A stretch of 64,000 nt of DNA from Abditibacteriaceae bacterium (GTDB lineage Bacteria; Armatimonadota; Abditibacteriia; Abditibacteriales; Abditibacteriaceae), in contig OZ255721.1 of the NCBI GenBank assembly GCA_965277285.1, positions 2,272,001 to 2,336,000 on the forward strand. Reading direction: 5' to 3'. The translations under genes were made by a program, and so were the position numbers. Of the stretch, positions 1 to 9,758 are shown one piece after another. Below the pieces are notes generated by a model. It saw only the letters and a program-made list of their open reading frames with translations. It was not told where the DNA came from and did no database searches. How positions within the stretch are numbered: the first letter of the stretch is position 1; every line of letters starts with the position of its first letter.

Positions 1-1718
1 AAACCACGGAACACGACGCATCGAGTACTCGAATTAGCAATCTGCAACGTTTCACGCGGTTTTTCCCGTCGTTGTTCGACCGCGTGGCCGTTGTTTATGG
101 GCGCATTCTGCGCTGGGCGCTGGCTCATCCGCTGATTATTTTTCTGTTATTGTTGCCTGTCGCGCTGGGTTCGTATGGTTTGTTCACGCACTTGCAAACC
201 GGCTTTTTTCCCGAATTCGATGAAGGCGCTTTCGTTATCGATTACAAAATGCCGCCGGGAACGTCGCTGGCCGAAACCGACCGCGTTTGTCGTCAGGTCG
301 AATCTCAACTGAGCAAAACGCCCGAAGTCGCGGCGTGGTCGCGCTTGACGGGCGCGCTTTCCGGTTCCGGCCTGGAATTGACCGAGCAAAACGAAGGCGA
401 TATTCTGGTGCGTCTCAAAGACAAACGCACGCGTTCTTCCGACGAAGTGATGTCCGATGTGCGCAGTCAGATTGAGGGCACGCAGCCGAAATTGCAAGTT
501 GATCTGATTCAGATTTTGCAGGACGGCATCGGCGACATTGCGGGTTCGCCGTCGCCGATCGAAGTCAAAATCTTCGGCGACGATACGGCAGTTTTGACCA
601 AAGTCGCGGGACAGGCGAACGACATTATTTCCAAGGTTCCGGGCGTTGTCGATTCCAGCGATGGCGTGGTCGAAAGCGGCCCTTCGATGACGGTTCGCGT
701 CGATGGCGCGCGCGCCTCGCGTTATGGATTAACTGTTGATGCCGTGACTTCCGCGGCGCAAGCGGCTTTGCGCGGAACCGTTGCGACGACGCTGCAGCAG
801 GGCGAAGAAGGCATTGATGTGCGCGTGCGCGCCGCTGGTGCCGCGAGCGATCTCGACCCGCAAAGTTTGCCCGATGTGCCGATTGCGGCTCCTGCGTTGT
901 TGAGCAGCGCATCGAGTACTCGAAACGGTGGTACGGTTCCATTGCGTTCGCTGGCAACTTTAGAATTGCAGCCCGGAACGCCTTTAATTACGCGCGAAAA
1001 TCAGCAGCAAATGGTTGCGGTTACCGCACGTTTGGAAGGACGCGACCTGGGCAGCGGCGTGCGCGATGTGCAAAATCAGCTTTCTCAAAAACTGAAATTG
1101 CCGCCGGGCTACAGAATTGAATACGGCGGATTATTCGCCAGTCAGCAGGAATCGTTTGCTCAGTTAGGAACCGTTTTGCTGCTGGCGTTCTTGCTGGTAA
1201 CGACGTTGCTGGTCGTTCAATTTCGCTCGTTTCGCCAATCGCTCGCTTTGTTCTTCGCCGCGATTTTATCCCTCTTCGGCGTATTGCTGGGCTTGTTCGT
1301 GACGCAAACGCCGCTCAACATTTCCAGCTTCACGGGCGCCATTATGATCGTCGGCGTCGTCACGGAAAACGGCATCGTACTCTTCGATTTCTTCAATCAA
1401 CTGCGCGAACGCGAACCGCAGCGTCCTCCCATCGAATTGATGGCCGAAGCCGGACAAGCGCGCCTGCGCCCGATTTTGATGACGACCATCGGCGCGATTT
1501 TAGCGTTGTTCCCGCTGGCTTTAGGCCTGGGCGCGGGCGCTGCGATGCAGAAACCTTTGGCCGTTGCCGTCATTGGCGGACTTTCGGTTTCGACCTTGTT
1601 TACCTTGATTGTCGCGCCCGTTTTATATGTAGCAAGCGAAAACCTGCGCGGCCCAATTGGTGGTCGCATGACGACTGCCGAAGCCGACTTTGCCTCTATT
1701 GAACGTGAACTGGGCTGA
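1..1718 (+). CDS. RND efflux transporter permease (AcrB/CzcA family), 5'-truncated by the window edge
   Basis: Frame is open from position 3. Motifs GFFPEFDEG, PPGTSL, ARLRPILMTT and GGLSVSTLFTL plus several TM segments match the C-terminal half of RND pumps. Confidence 0.92.
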   Translation, partial: TTEHDASSTRISNLQRFTRFFPSLFDRVAVVYGRILRWALAHPLIIFLLLLPVALGSYGLFTHLQTGFFPEFDEGAFVIDYKMPPGTSLAETDRVCRQVESQLSKTPEVAAWSRLTGALSGSGLELTEQNEGDILVRLKDKRTRSSDEVMSDVRSQIEGTQPKLQVDLIQILQDGIGDIAGSPSPIEVKIFGDDTAVLTKVAGQANDIISKVPGVVDSSDGVVESGPSMTVRVDGARASRYGLTVDAVTSAAQAALRGTVATTLQQGEEGIDVRVRAAGAASDLDPQSLPDVPIAAPALLSSASSTRNGGTVPLRSLATLELQPGTPLITRENQQQMVAVTARLEGRDLGSGVRDVQNQLSQKLKLPPGYRIEYGGLFASQQESFAQLGTVLLLAFLLVTTLLVVQFRSFRQSLALFFAAILSLFGVLLGLFVTQTPLNISSFTGAIMIVGVVTENGIVLFDFFNQLREREPQRPPIELMAEAGQARLRPILMTTIGAILALFPLALGLGAGAAMQKPLAVAVIGGLSVSTLFTLIVAPVLYVASENLRGPIGGRMTTAEADFASIERELG

Positions 1719-1809
1719 TAAACTGGGTTTACGAAAGGCCATCAAGTACTCGATTGGTGATGTAATATGTGTTTAAGAAATTAATTGCTAAAATAAGTTA
1801 GCTCGCCTG

Positions 1810-1970
1810 TTTGAAAAAAACATCTTTCTGGGTATAATGTATTAACACTGTCAAGTACTGGTTTGCTTTGTAAGCAGTGCAAAGTAAACTTGAAGAATCG
1901 GTATCACCTTTTCAAGAAGTTACAAAAAAGTTACAAAAGATGTTTGAAAACTTCCGAGGATGGGTATAAT
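1810..1970 (+). promoter_or_regulatory. Two putative sigma70-type promoters upstream of DUF1559 copy 1
   Basis: TTGAAA...GGGTATAAT at 1811-1838 and 1944-1970 (spacers 15-16 bp, suboptimal). The GGGTATAAT block recurs upstream of the other two paralogues (~3199-3208; reverse strand ~32415-32424). Confidence 0.5.
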
Positions 1971-2028
1971 TATTTAGGATACCGGTATTTTGTCAGGATA
2001 AAGCCTGCGGAATTCCAAGGAGAAAGAG

Positions 2029-2856
2029 ATGAGAAATGTTTCCCGATGTTCCGCTGTTGCCTCAGCGCCACAGATGCGCAAGCGTGGTTTCACGTTGATC
2101 GAGTTGCTGGTTGTTATCGCCATTATTGCGATTTTGGCGGCGATTTTGTTTCCGGCGTTTGCCAAAGCACGCGAAAGTGCCCGTCGTGCGAGTTGCTCCA
2201 GTAACCTGAAGCAGATCGGCATCGGCCTTATGCAGTACACGCAGGAATACGATGAAAAGTATCCTGCGCTGATCAACAATTACGTTGTCGGCGGCAGTAG
2301 CAACGGCCAAAGCATTGATCCCAACGCATCCTGGCAACAAGTCCTCCAGCCTTACCTCAAGAGCACCGATCTTTTTAGGTGTCCTTCCAACTCGTTAAGC
2401 GGACAGAATTGCGTCAACGCCGTTGCGGCTTTGAACGCGCCCGCAATACCGAAATCCTACGCCGCCAATATGCGTCTGATCTCGGGTGTGGGCTGGATGC
2501 CTCCAGGCGGATTGTCAGTCGCTGTCCTTACCGCGCCCGCGACCAGAATCGCGGTCGGCGAAGCTGCTAACGCCGCCATGGGCTGGCCTGATTGGGGGAA
2601 TACTGGCGTTGGGAACTGGGCCAATGAAGGTTTTGCCGGCCACCTGGGCACCATGAACCTTCTTTATGCGGACGGCCATGTTAAATCCATGAGACCCGGC
2701 GCCACTATGTCTCCCGTCAATCAATGGGGCTGGATGGCTGATCAAAATGATCCGGCAATCGGTTGCCATAACGACAGAGAGTTGGCGATCAATTGTGAGG
2801 TACCTTCGCAGGGTTCCGTGACCGGCTTGCAGGCGTTAGCGACGAAGTATCAATAA
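2029..2856 (+). CDS. Prepilin-type N-terminal cleavage/methylation protein with DUF1559 and H-X9-DG motif (copy 1)
   Basis: [24 protein letters not shown]...CSSNLKQIG and [24 protein letters not shown] upstream. Confidence 0.93.
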   Translation: MRNVSRCSAVASAPQMRKRGFTLIELLVVIAIIAILAAILFPAFAKARESARRASCSSNLKQIGIGLMQYTQEYDEKYPALINNYVVGGSSNGQSIDPNASWQQVLQPYLKSTDLFRCPSNSLSGQNCVNAVAALNAPAIPKSYAANMRLISGVGWMPPGGLSVAVLTAPATRIAVGEAANAAMGWPDWGNTGVGNWANEGFAGHLGTMNLLYADGHVKSMRPGATMSPVNQWGWMADQNDPAIGCHNDRELAINCEVPSQGSVTGLQALATKYQ

Positions 2857-2885
2857 AGCCACAGTTATACCCTTCGTGGTGTGGC

Positions 2886-2922
2886 AGCAGGGAGCGCGAG
2901 TACTCGCGCTCCCTGCTTTTTG
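2886..2922 (+). terminator. Rho-independent terminator, a perfect 32-bp palindrome centred on GAGTACTC
   Basis: AGCAGGGAGCGCGAGTACTCGCGCTCCCTGCT followed by a T-run. Confidence 0.85.
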
Positions 2923-3311
2923 TTTTTGACTCACACAATACGCTTTTGTTTCGTGAGCGACAGGTTTTCTCATTGGCTATTCGACATTGAACCTGCATAC
3001 CAAGTCCGGTGAAGTGCGTAGGCTACGTCTGCTAAGACGAAGAATCGAACACATATACGCCGTGAATTCGAGACCCAAGACTAATGAAAGGCCAATCGAG
3101 TACTCGATTAGCGATGTGATGTGTGTTTTAGAAACTAGTTTCTAAAATAGTTAGCTTGCTTGAGTAGTTAGCTTTCCTGTTTAAAAAAACATCTTTCTGG
3201 GTATAATGTAGTAACACTGTCAATTAACGACCTGCTTTATGAGCAGTGCAGAGCCGGCAAAGTCCGCAGACATACAACCTGCGAAGGCTTAAAAGGTTCA
3301 AGGAGAAAGAG

Positions 3312-4160
3312 ATGAGAAATGTTTCCCGATGTTCTGTCGTAGACTCGGCGCCACAAATGCGCAAGCGTGGTTTCACGTTGATCGAGTTGCTGGTTGTCAT
3401 CGCCATCATTGCGATTTTAGCCGCGATTTTGTTCCCGGCTTTTGCCAAAGCGCGTGAAAGTGCCCGTCGTGCGAGCTGCTCCAGCAACTTGAAGCAAATC
3501 GGAGTTGGACTCATGCAGTATACGCAGGAATACGATGAAAAGTACCCGATAAAGTACATCGATTACGGTGGAGGTGTAGGCACGGTTTGGAATCAAACCA
3601 TCCAGACTTACCTCAAGAGCACCGATCTGTTTAGATGTCCTTCCAACCCGGCGAGTTCAATCATCTCCGCTCCAGCACAACCCACATTGAACTTGCCCGC
3701 GGTACCGGCATCCTACGTGGCCAACCCACGTATCATTGCGGACCCCACTCAAGGAGACGGGACGAACGTGCTTTCAGGACCCGTTTCACTGGCAACTGTT
3801 CAGGCGCCGACCACCCGAATTATGATCACCGAGGGCAACTATCCTTACGGTGGTGGTGCTGGCCGCGCACAAGCTCCTAACTACAACTGGACTGCCGGTG
3901 GCAGCTACGATGCTTGGTATAGAGAACTCTTCGCCGGGCATTTGGGCACGATCAACTGCTTGTATGCGGATGGCCACGTCAAGTCGATGCGACCCACCGC
4001 CACCATGACCCCCGTCAACCAGTGGGGCTACCTGAAGGGCATGACCGACACCAACTCAAACGGCTGCTCCAGTGGCGACACGACGAACTGGATCAACTGC
4101 GTGGATGTTGACTCCACATCTGTAGATAACTTGAACCTGTTAGCGCAGAAGTATCAATAA
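3312..4160 (+). CDS. Prepilin-type DUF1559/H-X9-DG protein (copy 2)
   Basis: Same N-terminal motif as copy 1 and [18 protein letters not shown] at 3312 follows AAGGAG. Confidence 0.93.
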   Translation: MRNVSRCSVVDSAPQMRKRGFTLIELLVVIAIIAILAAILFPAFAKARESARRASCSSNLKQIGVGLMQYTQEYDEKYPIKYIDYGGGVGTVWNQTIQTYLKSTDLFRCPSNPASSIISAPAQPTLNLPAVPASYVANPRIIADPTQGDGTNVLSGPVSLATVQAPTTRIMITEGNYPYGGGAGRAQAPNYNWTAGGSYDAWYRELFAGHLGTINCLYADGHVKSMRPTATMTPVNQWGYLKGMTDTNSNGCSSGDTTNWINCVDVDSTSVDNLNLLAQKYQ

Positions 4161-4190
4161 CGACCATAGTCGTTCCCTTCGGGGAGTAGC

Positions 4191-4228
4191 AGCAGGGAGC
4201 GCGATTCATTCGCGCTCCCTGCTTTTTG
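4191..4228 (+). terminator. Rho-independent terminator paralogous to 2886-2922
   Basis: AGCAGGGAGCGCGA-TTCAT-TCGCGCTCCCTGCT then TTTT. Confidence 0.85.
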
Positions 4229-4380
4229 TATTTACTCTGCATAATACACTTTTGCTTTATGCAGCGAAGGTTTTCTGATCGCCTGCTCTGGATCAAGACC
4301 TTCGTACCAGTCAGTCTAAAACGCGTGAGCCATGCTCTCTAACGGGCAGTTTTGCTGGCCGTGAAACTGTCTTTGAGAGG

Positions 4381-5136
4381 TTACGCACTTTTCGTGGTGA
4401 GAACGGCCTCATCTTTTTTGGTGATCGTCAAGTAAACGACCAGTCCCAGAATGGCGACCAGAAACAAGGCGCTGGTTCCAACAGTTCCCATCCCTAAACC
4501 GCCATCTTTGTGAGACTGCGAAAGGAGGTCGCCCATTGAGGCGCCCAAGGGTCGGGTTAAGATATAAGCAAGCCAGAACGCCAGAATCGCGTTCAATTTA
4601 AACAGCACGCGCGCACCAGCGATGACGACGATCAATCCGGCGAACAGCAAAACTGACAACGGGTAGCCCAGGTGCATTCGTTCGCCAATCAGGTCGCCGG
4701 CTGCCGTGCCCAAAGCGAAAGTAAACAAAATGGCCGCCCAGTAAAATGCTTCTCGGCGCGTGGTATCGATTTCGTGAACGGAAAGAGTTTTCTCGACCGC
4801 ATACCAAACGGCGGAGGTGACGGCTAAGCACATGCTGAAGACAACCGTGGACGTGATCAGAGAAACGCCGAAATGATCCGTCAGGTTGTCAGTAATCAGG
4901 GTTCCGACGACGCTCAGCAGCACGACGGCCAGCCAGTAAAGACCAGCCACGTATTTTCGCGCCCGGAGCTGAAAAACCAGCGTGATGATGAGCAAGCTGC
5001 CCATCATATAAGTCGTGTTGGTCAAGCCAAAGTGCAGATTTTCGTTGAGAGAATCAGCGAACGTTCCGCCCACCGTCGTGCACAAAACTTTGACAATTCA
5101 AAAGTAGAGAGTAACTTTTGGCACTTTGTTGAGCAT
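4381..5136 (-). pseudogene. COG4705/DUF347-family membrane protein with an in-frame TGA near the N-terminus
   Basis: Reads MLNKVPKVTLYF*IVKVLCTTVGGTFAD with TGA at 5100-5098, where the family normally has FW. The remainder (EAFYWAAILFTFALGTAAGD, LTRPLGASMGD) is intact. Confidence 0.75.
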
Positions 5137-5222
5137 CTCAAAGCTTGACGACGCCGCGTTATATTGTGCAATGACACTGATTCTATTGCTCTGTTGGTTC
5201 TAATAACTCGACGTTGCTCGCT

Positions 5223-5312
5223 CTTGTGCAAATGCAACTTGTGCAAATGCAACTTGTGCAAATGCAACTTGTGCAAATGCAACTTGTGCAAATGCAACTT
5301 GTGCAAATGCAA
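5223..5312. repeat. Tandem repeat, 6 x 15 bp (CTTGTGCAAATGCAA)
   Basis: Six exact units read directly, no spacers. Confidence 0.97.
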
Positions 5313-5491
5313 AGAACTATGTCGAACGCACCGCAGTGTGCCTTTTTGTTAATGCGGTCATGCGTCGTCTTTTATCCTGGATTTTTATGGTGCGTCCCTT
5401 TCTCATCTCAAAATAATTTTCTGTGACCCGAAGGACACGCGTTAAACCTTGAGGACGCCTTTATCGAGTACTCGATAAGGAAGTTCAGTGT

Positions 5492-5530
5492 TTCTGTGGA
5501 AATTCTCAAGCGTTTCTCATGGCTTTCTCA
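5492..5530 (+). promoter_or_regulatory. Putative OmpR-family binding site (TTCTCA direct repeats, 11-bp period)
   Basis: TTCTCA at 5503, 5514 and 5525, plus TTCTGT at 5492, upstream of the PepSY gene and near an OmpR-family regulator. Confidence 0.5.
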
Positions 5531-5601
5531 AAGCTATGCGATGTAATAAGCAGTGGCAAGAACGCCTTAAATCTGAAAGAGGTGTCGGTCAGGAGAAAAC
5601 C

Positions 5602-6015
5602 ATGAAGAAGCAAATGGAAAAAGCGTCATCGATTCGTGCTCTGGCGGGCGGCGTCGGATTGTTGACGACGTTGGGCCTGACGGTTTCAACGATGGCCGTC
5701 GTGTCGGCGAAAAGTGTGCCTCACTTTCGCGTTACGGCAGCGCAGGCGACAGCCGCCGTGCTGAAGAAATTCCCCGGCCATTTGACCGAGAAGACGCATT
5801 TGGAAGATGAAGAAGGCACCTGGCAATATAGCGTGATGGTGCGCTCGGGAAGGATTCTGCGCGAAGTTATGGTGGATGCGAAAACTGGCAGAATCGCTAA
5901 TGTGGAAGCGACAACTTCGGGCAAAGAGCAAGCGGAAAAGAAAACCGACGCTGCCGATGAAGCTGCAGCACGGCGCAAGCAAACCGGCATGACCTCGAAG
6001 AAGTCGGGTCAGTAA
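5602..6015 (+). CDS. Exported PepSY-domain protein
   Basis: Hydrophobic N-terminal segment and PepSY pattern VTAAQATAAVLKKFPG...LEDEEG..YSV....EVMVDAKTGRI. RBS AGGAG. Confidence 0.8.
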   Translation: MKKQMEKASSIRALAGGVGLLTTLGLTVSTMAVVSAKSVPHFRVTAAQATAAVLKKFPGHLTEKTHLEDEEGTWQYSVMVRSGRILREVMVDAKTGRIANVEATTSGKEQAEKKTDAADEAAARRKQTGMTSKKSGQ

Positions 6016-6184
6016 AACGAAGCTATTCCGATGACAGGAAGCAAGAGGATGGAGGAATTGTTCCTTCATCCTCTTGTGGCATGGCCGTTGGATAAAAAGC
6101 CTTTAAGAGAAAATTTTGATCTACAATTTTAGCCGTCGCCGGTCATTTAGTACAATCGAGTACTCGATGAGGTGAAAAGAAACC

Positions 6185-6859
6185 ATGAATGTCTTGATTG
6201 TCGAAGATGATCTCAGCGTCGCGCGTTTTCTGAAGCAGGCGGCGAGCGAAGCCGGTTATGTTGTCCAAGTCGCCAGCGATGGATTGGTCGCTCTGCAAAC
6301 GGCGCAAACCACGCAATTCGATCTTATTTTGCTGGATGTGATGTTGCCCGGCCTGAACGGTTTTGAAGTTTGTCGCCGCTTGCGCGCAGGGAATATCCCG
6401 TCGCTGATTCTCATCATCACGGCGCGCGATGCGACCGAAGATAAGGTGGAAGGTTTGGACGCTGGAGCCGATGACTACATCGCCAAGCCGTTCAAAGTCG
6501 CGGAACTTTTGGCGCGTATGCGAGCGCTGTTGCGACGCGCTTCGTCTTCTTCTACGCTGCTCAAAGTTGGCGATTTGACGCTGGATCCCGCGACGCGCCA
6601 GGCTGCACGCGGCGGCAAAACGATTTTGTTGTCGGCAACCGAATATTCGCTGTTGGAGTATTTGATGCGTCATGCCAATCGAGTACTCGAACGCGCCAAT
6701 ATCCTGGATCACGTTTGGGCGTATGACTTTGGCGGCAGCGACAATGTGCTCGATGTTTACATTATGTATCTGCGCAACAAAATCGATAAAGACCAGAAAA
6801 CGCGCTTGATTCATACGGTGCGCGGCGTTGGTTTTCGCCTGGGCGAAGACGTTGACTAA
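6185..6859 (+). CDS. OmpR/PhoB-family response regulator
   Basis: LIVEDD, LLDVMLPGLNG, GADDYIAKPF and the C-terminal wHTH LIHTVRGVGF. Confidence 0.96.
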   Translation: MNVLIVEDDLSVARFLKQAASEAGYVVQVASDGLVALQTAQTTQFDLILLDVMLPGLNGFEVCRRLRAGNIPSLILIITARDATEDKVEGLDAGADDYIAKPFKVAELLARMRALLRRASSSSTLLKVGDLTLDPATRQAARGGKTILLSATEYSLLEYLMRHANRVLERANILDHVWAYDFGGSDNVLDVYIMYLRNKIDKDQKTRLIHTVRGVGFRLGEDVD

Positions 6860-6875
6860 GAAGACGTTGATTCAA

Positions 6876-8216
6876 ATGCGACCTAATTCGATTCGCGCGC
6901 GCATGACGCTTGGCTTCGCATTTTTCATCGCGTTGTTGATGCTGCTGGTCTGTGCGGCGTTTTATTTTTACACGAAGCACGCCGACCGCAAGAGCGCCGA
7001 CATTTTGCTGTCGCAGGCCGCGCGCGAAGTTCGTCAAGATATGCAGGACGACGAAAACGACACCTCGCGCGAGCAAAACGCGAATCAAGTACCGGATGTG
7101 GTGAAGGAAACGAGCGACAATCCGCATTCGCACGACCTGGCGATAATCGTGGTGGACAAGCGCGGGCGCATCATCGCTCATACGCGCGAACCGTTTCCGA
7201 CCTGGCCATTGCGCGGCGACAGTTGGCGCGCGACAATTGTGCAAGGCCGCGCTTACGATGTCGTGCTGGCGTTTCCCTGGTACAAAAACGAGCGGGCTTT
7301 GCGCGAGCGAACGCTATTTCTATTGGCTCTAAGTGTTCTGGTGGTAGCCGCTTCGTCGGGCGGCGCGTGGGTTTTGGTGGGGCGCACGCTGTCGCCGATT
7401 GATGCGCTGGCGCGTCAAGCGCAGGCCGCTTCCGTCGAACATCTTTTCGTGCAATTGCAAGCGTCCTCGCCGGATGTCGAAATCGCGCGCCTGGTTTCGA
7501 CCTTGAACGATCTTTTGGCGCGCTGGAGTGAAACGGCGCAGTCGCGCGAGCGTTTTTATGCGGCTGCCGCGCACGAATTGCGCACGCCTTTACAAGCGTT
7601 GGGCGGACATTTGGAAGTCGCGTTGAGCCGTCCGCGCAACGCCGAAGAATATCAAAACGCTTTGCGCGAAAGCCATACACAAACCGAACGCTTGACTTCG
7701 CTGGTGCAAGATTTGTTGCTGCTCAATCAACTTGATGCGGACACGGCGCGGCCTTCTTGCGTATCGCTCGACCTGGCCGATGTATGCGAAAGCGAACTGC
7801 GACCTTTGCGAAATCTGGCGGAAGAACGCGCCTTGAAAATCGAACTCGATTTGCCTGAACATTGCGAAATCGAGGCGCCGTGGAATCATGTCACGATGCT
7901 GCTGCGCAATCTGTTGGAAAACGCCGTTAAATATGCGCCGCGCGGCGGAATTGTGCGCGTTCAACTTCAACAAACTACGCTGACCATTTGCAACGATTGC
8001 GCGTTCGAGAGCGAAATGGAAACCGAAAAATTGTTCGAGCCGTTCTTTCGCCCGGACGCGTCGCGCACTTCTTCAACTGGTGGCAACGGTTTGGGATTGG
8101 CGATTTGCCGCGCCATTTGCCAGAACAACCATTGGACAATTGATTTGCGAACCGAAGCGAAAACGCTCTGCGCCATCGTTGTTTTCACGTCGCGCCATGT
8201 TGGAAATGGACGTTGA
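6876..8216 (+). CDS. HAMP-domain sensor histidine kinase
   Basis: Two TM segments, H-box AAHELRTPL, N-box NLLENAVKY, G-box GNGLGLAI. Start uncertain (6852 TTG or 6876 ATG). Confidence 0.93.
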   Translation: MRPNSIRARMTLGFAFFIALLMLLVCAAFYFYTKHADRKSADILLSQAAREVRQDMQDDENDTSREQNANQVPDVVKETSDNPHSHDLAIIVVDKRGRIIAHTREPFPTWPLRGDSWRATIVQGRAYDVVLAFPWYKNERALRERTLFLLALSVLVVAASSGGAWVLVGRTLSPIDALARQAQAASVEHLFVQLQASSPDVEIARLVSTLNDLLARWSETAQSRERFYAAAAHELRTPLQALGGHLEVALSRPRNAEEYQNALRESHTQTERLTSLVQDLLLLNQLDADTARPSCVSLDLADVCESELRPLRNLAEERALKIELDLPEHCEIEAPWNHVTMLLRNLLENAVKYAPRGGIVRVQLQQTTLTICNDCAFESEMETEKLFEPFFRPDASRTSSTGGNGLGLAICRAICQNNHWTIDLRTEAKTLCAIVVFTSRHVGNGR

Positions 8217-8417
8217 TTAAAGATGAAGATAAAGAATGTTCGACGGCCTTCTCGAGTACTCGATTCGCGGCGATGAATGGAATCTGGTGTCGTTTGACTG
8301 CGAGTGAACTCGCGGCTGGGCGTTGCTTTGCAACGCGGGTGCCCTTTGGGCGGATCGGTCTGTACCGACGCTTGATCTGGCGTCGCTGAAGAGCGACGCT
8401 GCCCGCGCAGCGGGTTG

Positions 8418-8447
8418 AGCCGCGACTTTAGTCGCTGGGCGAAGGTG
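8418..8447. repeat. Small palindromic intergenic repeat, second copy at 27418-27447
   Basis: AGCCGCGACTT(T/C)AGTCGCTGGGCGAAGGTG at both loci, with an internal CGACT-N2-AGTCG hairpin. Confidence 0.7.
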
Positions 8448-8455
8448 ATTTGTAA

Positions 8456-9676
8456 TTATTTGGCTTGTCGAAAGCGCGCATGCAAGTGAGCGCGCAATTG
8501 GCGTAGGCCGCGTTTGTAAACGAAGAACGGCAACTCCCATGGCGAGCGCAGGTGCCAGGCGTGTTGCAGATAAAGTGGCAAACCGAAGACTTTGCCGCGC
8601 CATCCGCGACTGATTTCGCGACGGCTGAACTGCACATAGCGCAAATAAAAACGCATCAGCGGATGGTGCGTCTGGTGCGAGGTCGTCCAGCCACGAAACT
8701 CAAGTTTTCGCGTTGGTGTCACCGGAATGCGCGCGACTTCTTCCAGGAAAGTTGCGGGAATCGGCGCCTCGAAAGTTGTCTTCAAATACTGCAAACCGGC
8801 TTGCACAGGCAAGTGCATTTGACGCTTGCGCGTTTGTTCGAGTACTCGATTCCAGTCGATTTGTTCGGGCGCCACGCGCAAGATCGTCATCGCATCGGCG
8901 ACCCAGCGCAAAGGCGCGTTTTCTTCCCAGCGAACGCCGTGTGACAGCGCCGTCAAAAGATGATCCGAAGCGCACAACGTTTTTGTCGTCACGCCATGAA
9001 TTTCTAAAGGTAGCGAGGCGTCCCAAAAATCGGTGTCGGGTTCGGTGTCGTGGTGCAGCAATCGTTTATGCAAATCGAACGATTGACCTTGCGCATTGCG
9101 AAATCCCTGGCCATGCAGATTTTCCAGGAAAACATCGGTCAACAGCGCGGGATCGGTTTCCACGTCAAATTTCCAGCCGTTTTCTAAAGCCCAATTGTAA
9201 GCGCGCTTCGCTTGATGCGACGGCACCAAAATATCGAAATCGTTCATCGGGCGCAGTGAAAAATTGCTGTAAAACTGCAACGTCAAGGCGGCGCCTTTGA
9301 AAACCAAAGTCGCTATGCCGCTTGCTTCCAGGTCGCGGATTAAGGTCGCGCCACGCGCCAGTAACATTTGGTTTTTGAACCACGTTTCGCGCGCCGCACG
9401 CACAAAAAACGCTTTGTCATCTTCGTTCAACGTCACGCCTTGACGCGCCAGACTGTGCGCCAGCAAAGGCAGCAAGCGGTGCGAAACGTGCTCGAGATGT
9501 TCGATTTCGACCGTACTGCGCCACGATTGCCAGGCGCTGCGAGCCGTTTCGCCGTCGCACAAAGCGGCCTGCAACAACTTTTCTTGAAGCAGCGACGGCC
9601 AGCAACCGCCGCCTTCATTGGTTGCTGTCATCGGCGGCTCAAACAAGGTTCGTGACTTCCGTGTGGATGACTTCAT
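8456..9676 (-). CDS. Uncharacterised nucleotidyltransferase (NTP_transf_5-like)
   Basis: LVFKGAAL...RPMNDFDILV, FDLH and LRWVAD motifs typical of this family. Confidence 0.82.
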   Translation of the reverse strand: MKSSTRKSRTLFEPPMTATNEGGGCWPSLLQEKLLQAALCDGETARSAWQSWRSTVEIEHLEHVSHRLLPLLAHSLARQGVTLNEDDKAFFVRAARETWFKNQMLLARGATLIRDLEASGIATLVFKGAALTLQFYSNFSLRPMNDFDILVPSHQAKRAYNWALENGWKFDVETDPALLTDVFLENLHGQGFRNAQGQSFDLHKRLLHHDTEPDTDFWDASLPLEIHGVTTKTLCASDHLLTALSHGVRWEENAPLRWVADAMTILRVAPEQIDWNRVLEQTRKRQMHLPVQAGLQYLKTTFEAPIPATFLEEVARIPVTPTRKLEFRGWTTSHQTHHPLMRFYLRYVQFSRREISRGWRGKVFGLPLYLQHAWHLRSPWELPFFVYKRGLRQLRAHLHARFRQAK

Positions 9677-9758
9677 GGCGAATAATTTCGTTCAGGACTT
9701 CATAAAAATCGTCTTTCGAGTACTCGAAATCGCTTTGCGATCTTGATATAGAATGACT

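Noticed and set aside
5223..5312. CRISPR array or a real (LHKLH)n / (CKCNL)n protein
   Set aside because: Units are contiguous 15-mers with no spacers and there are no cas genes. The ORFs are by-products of the repeat.
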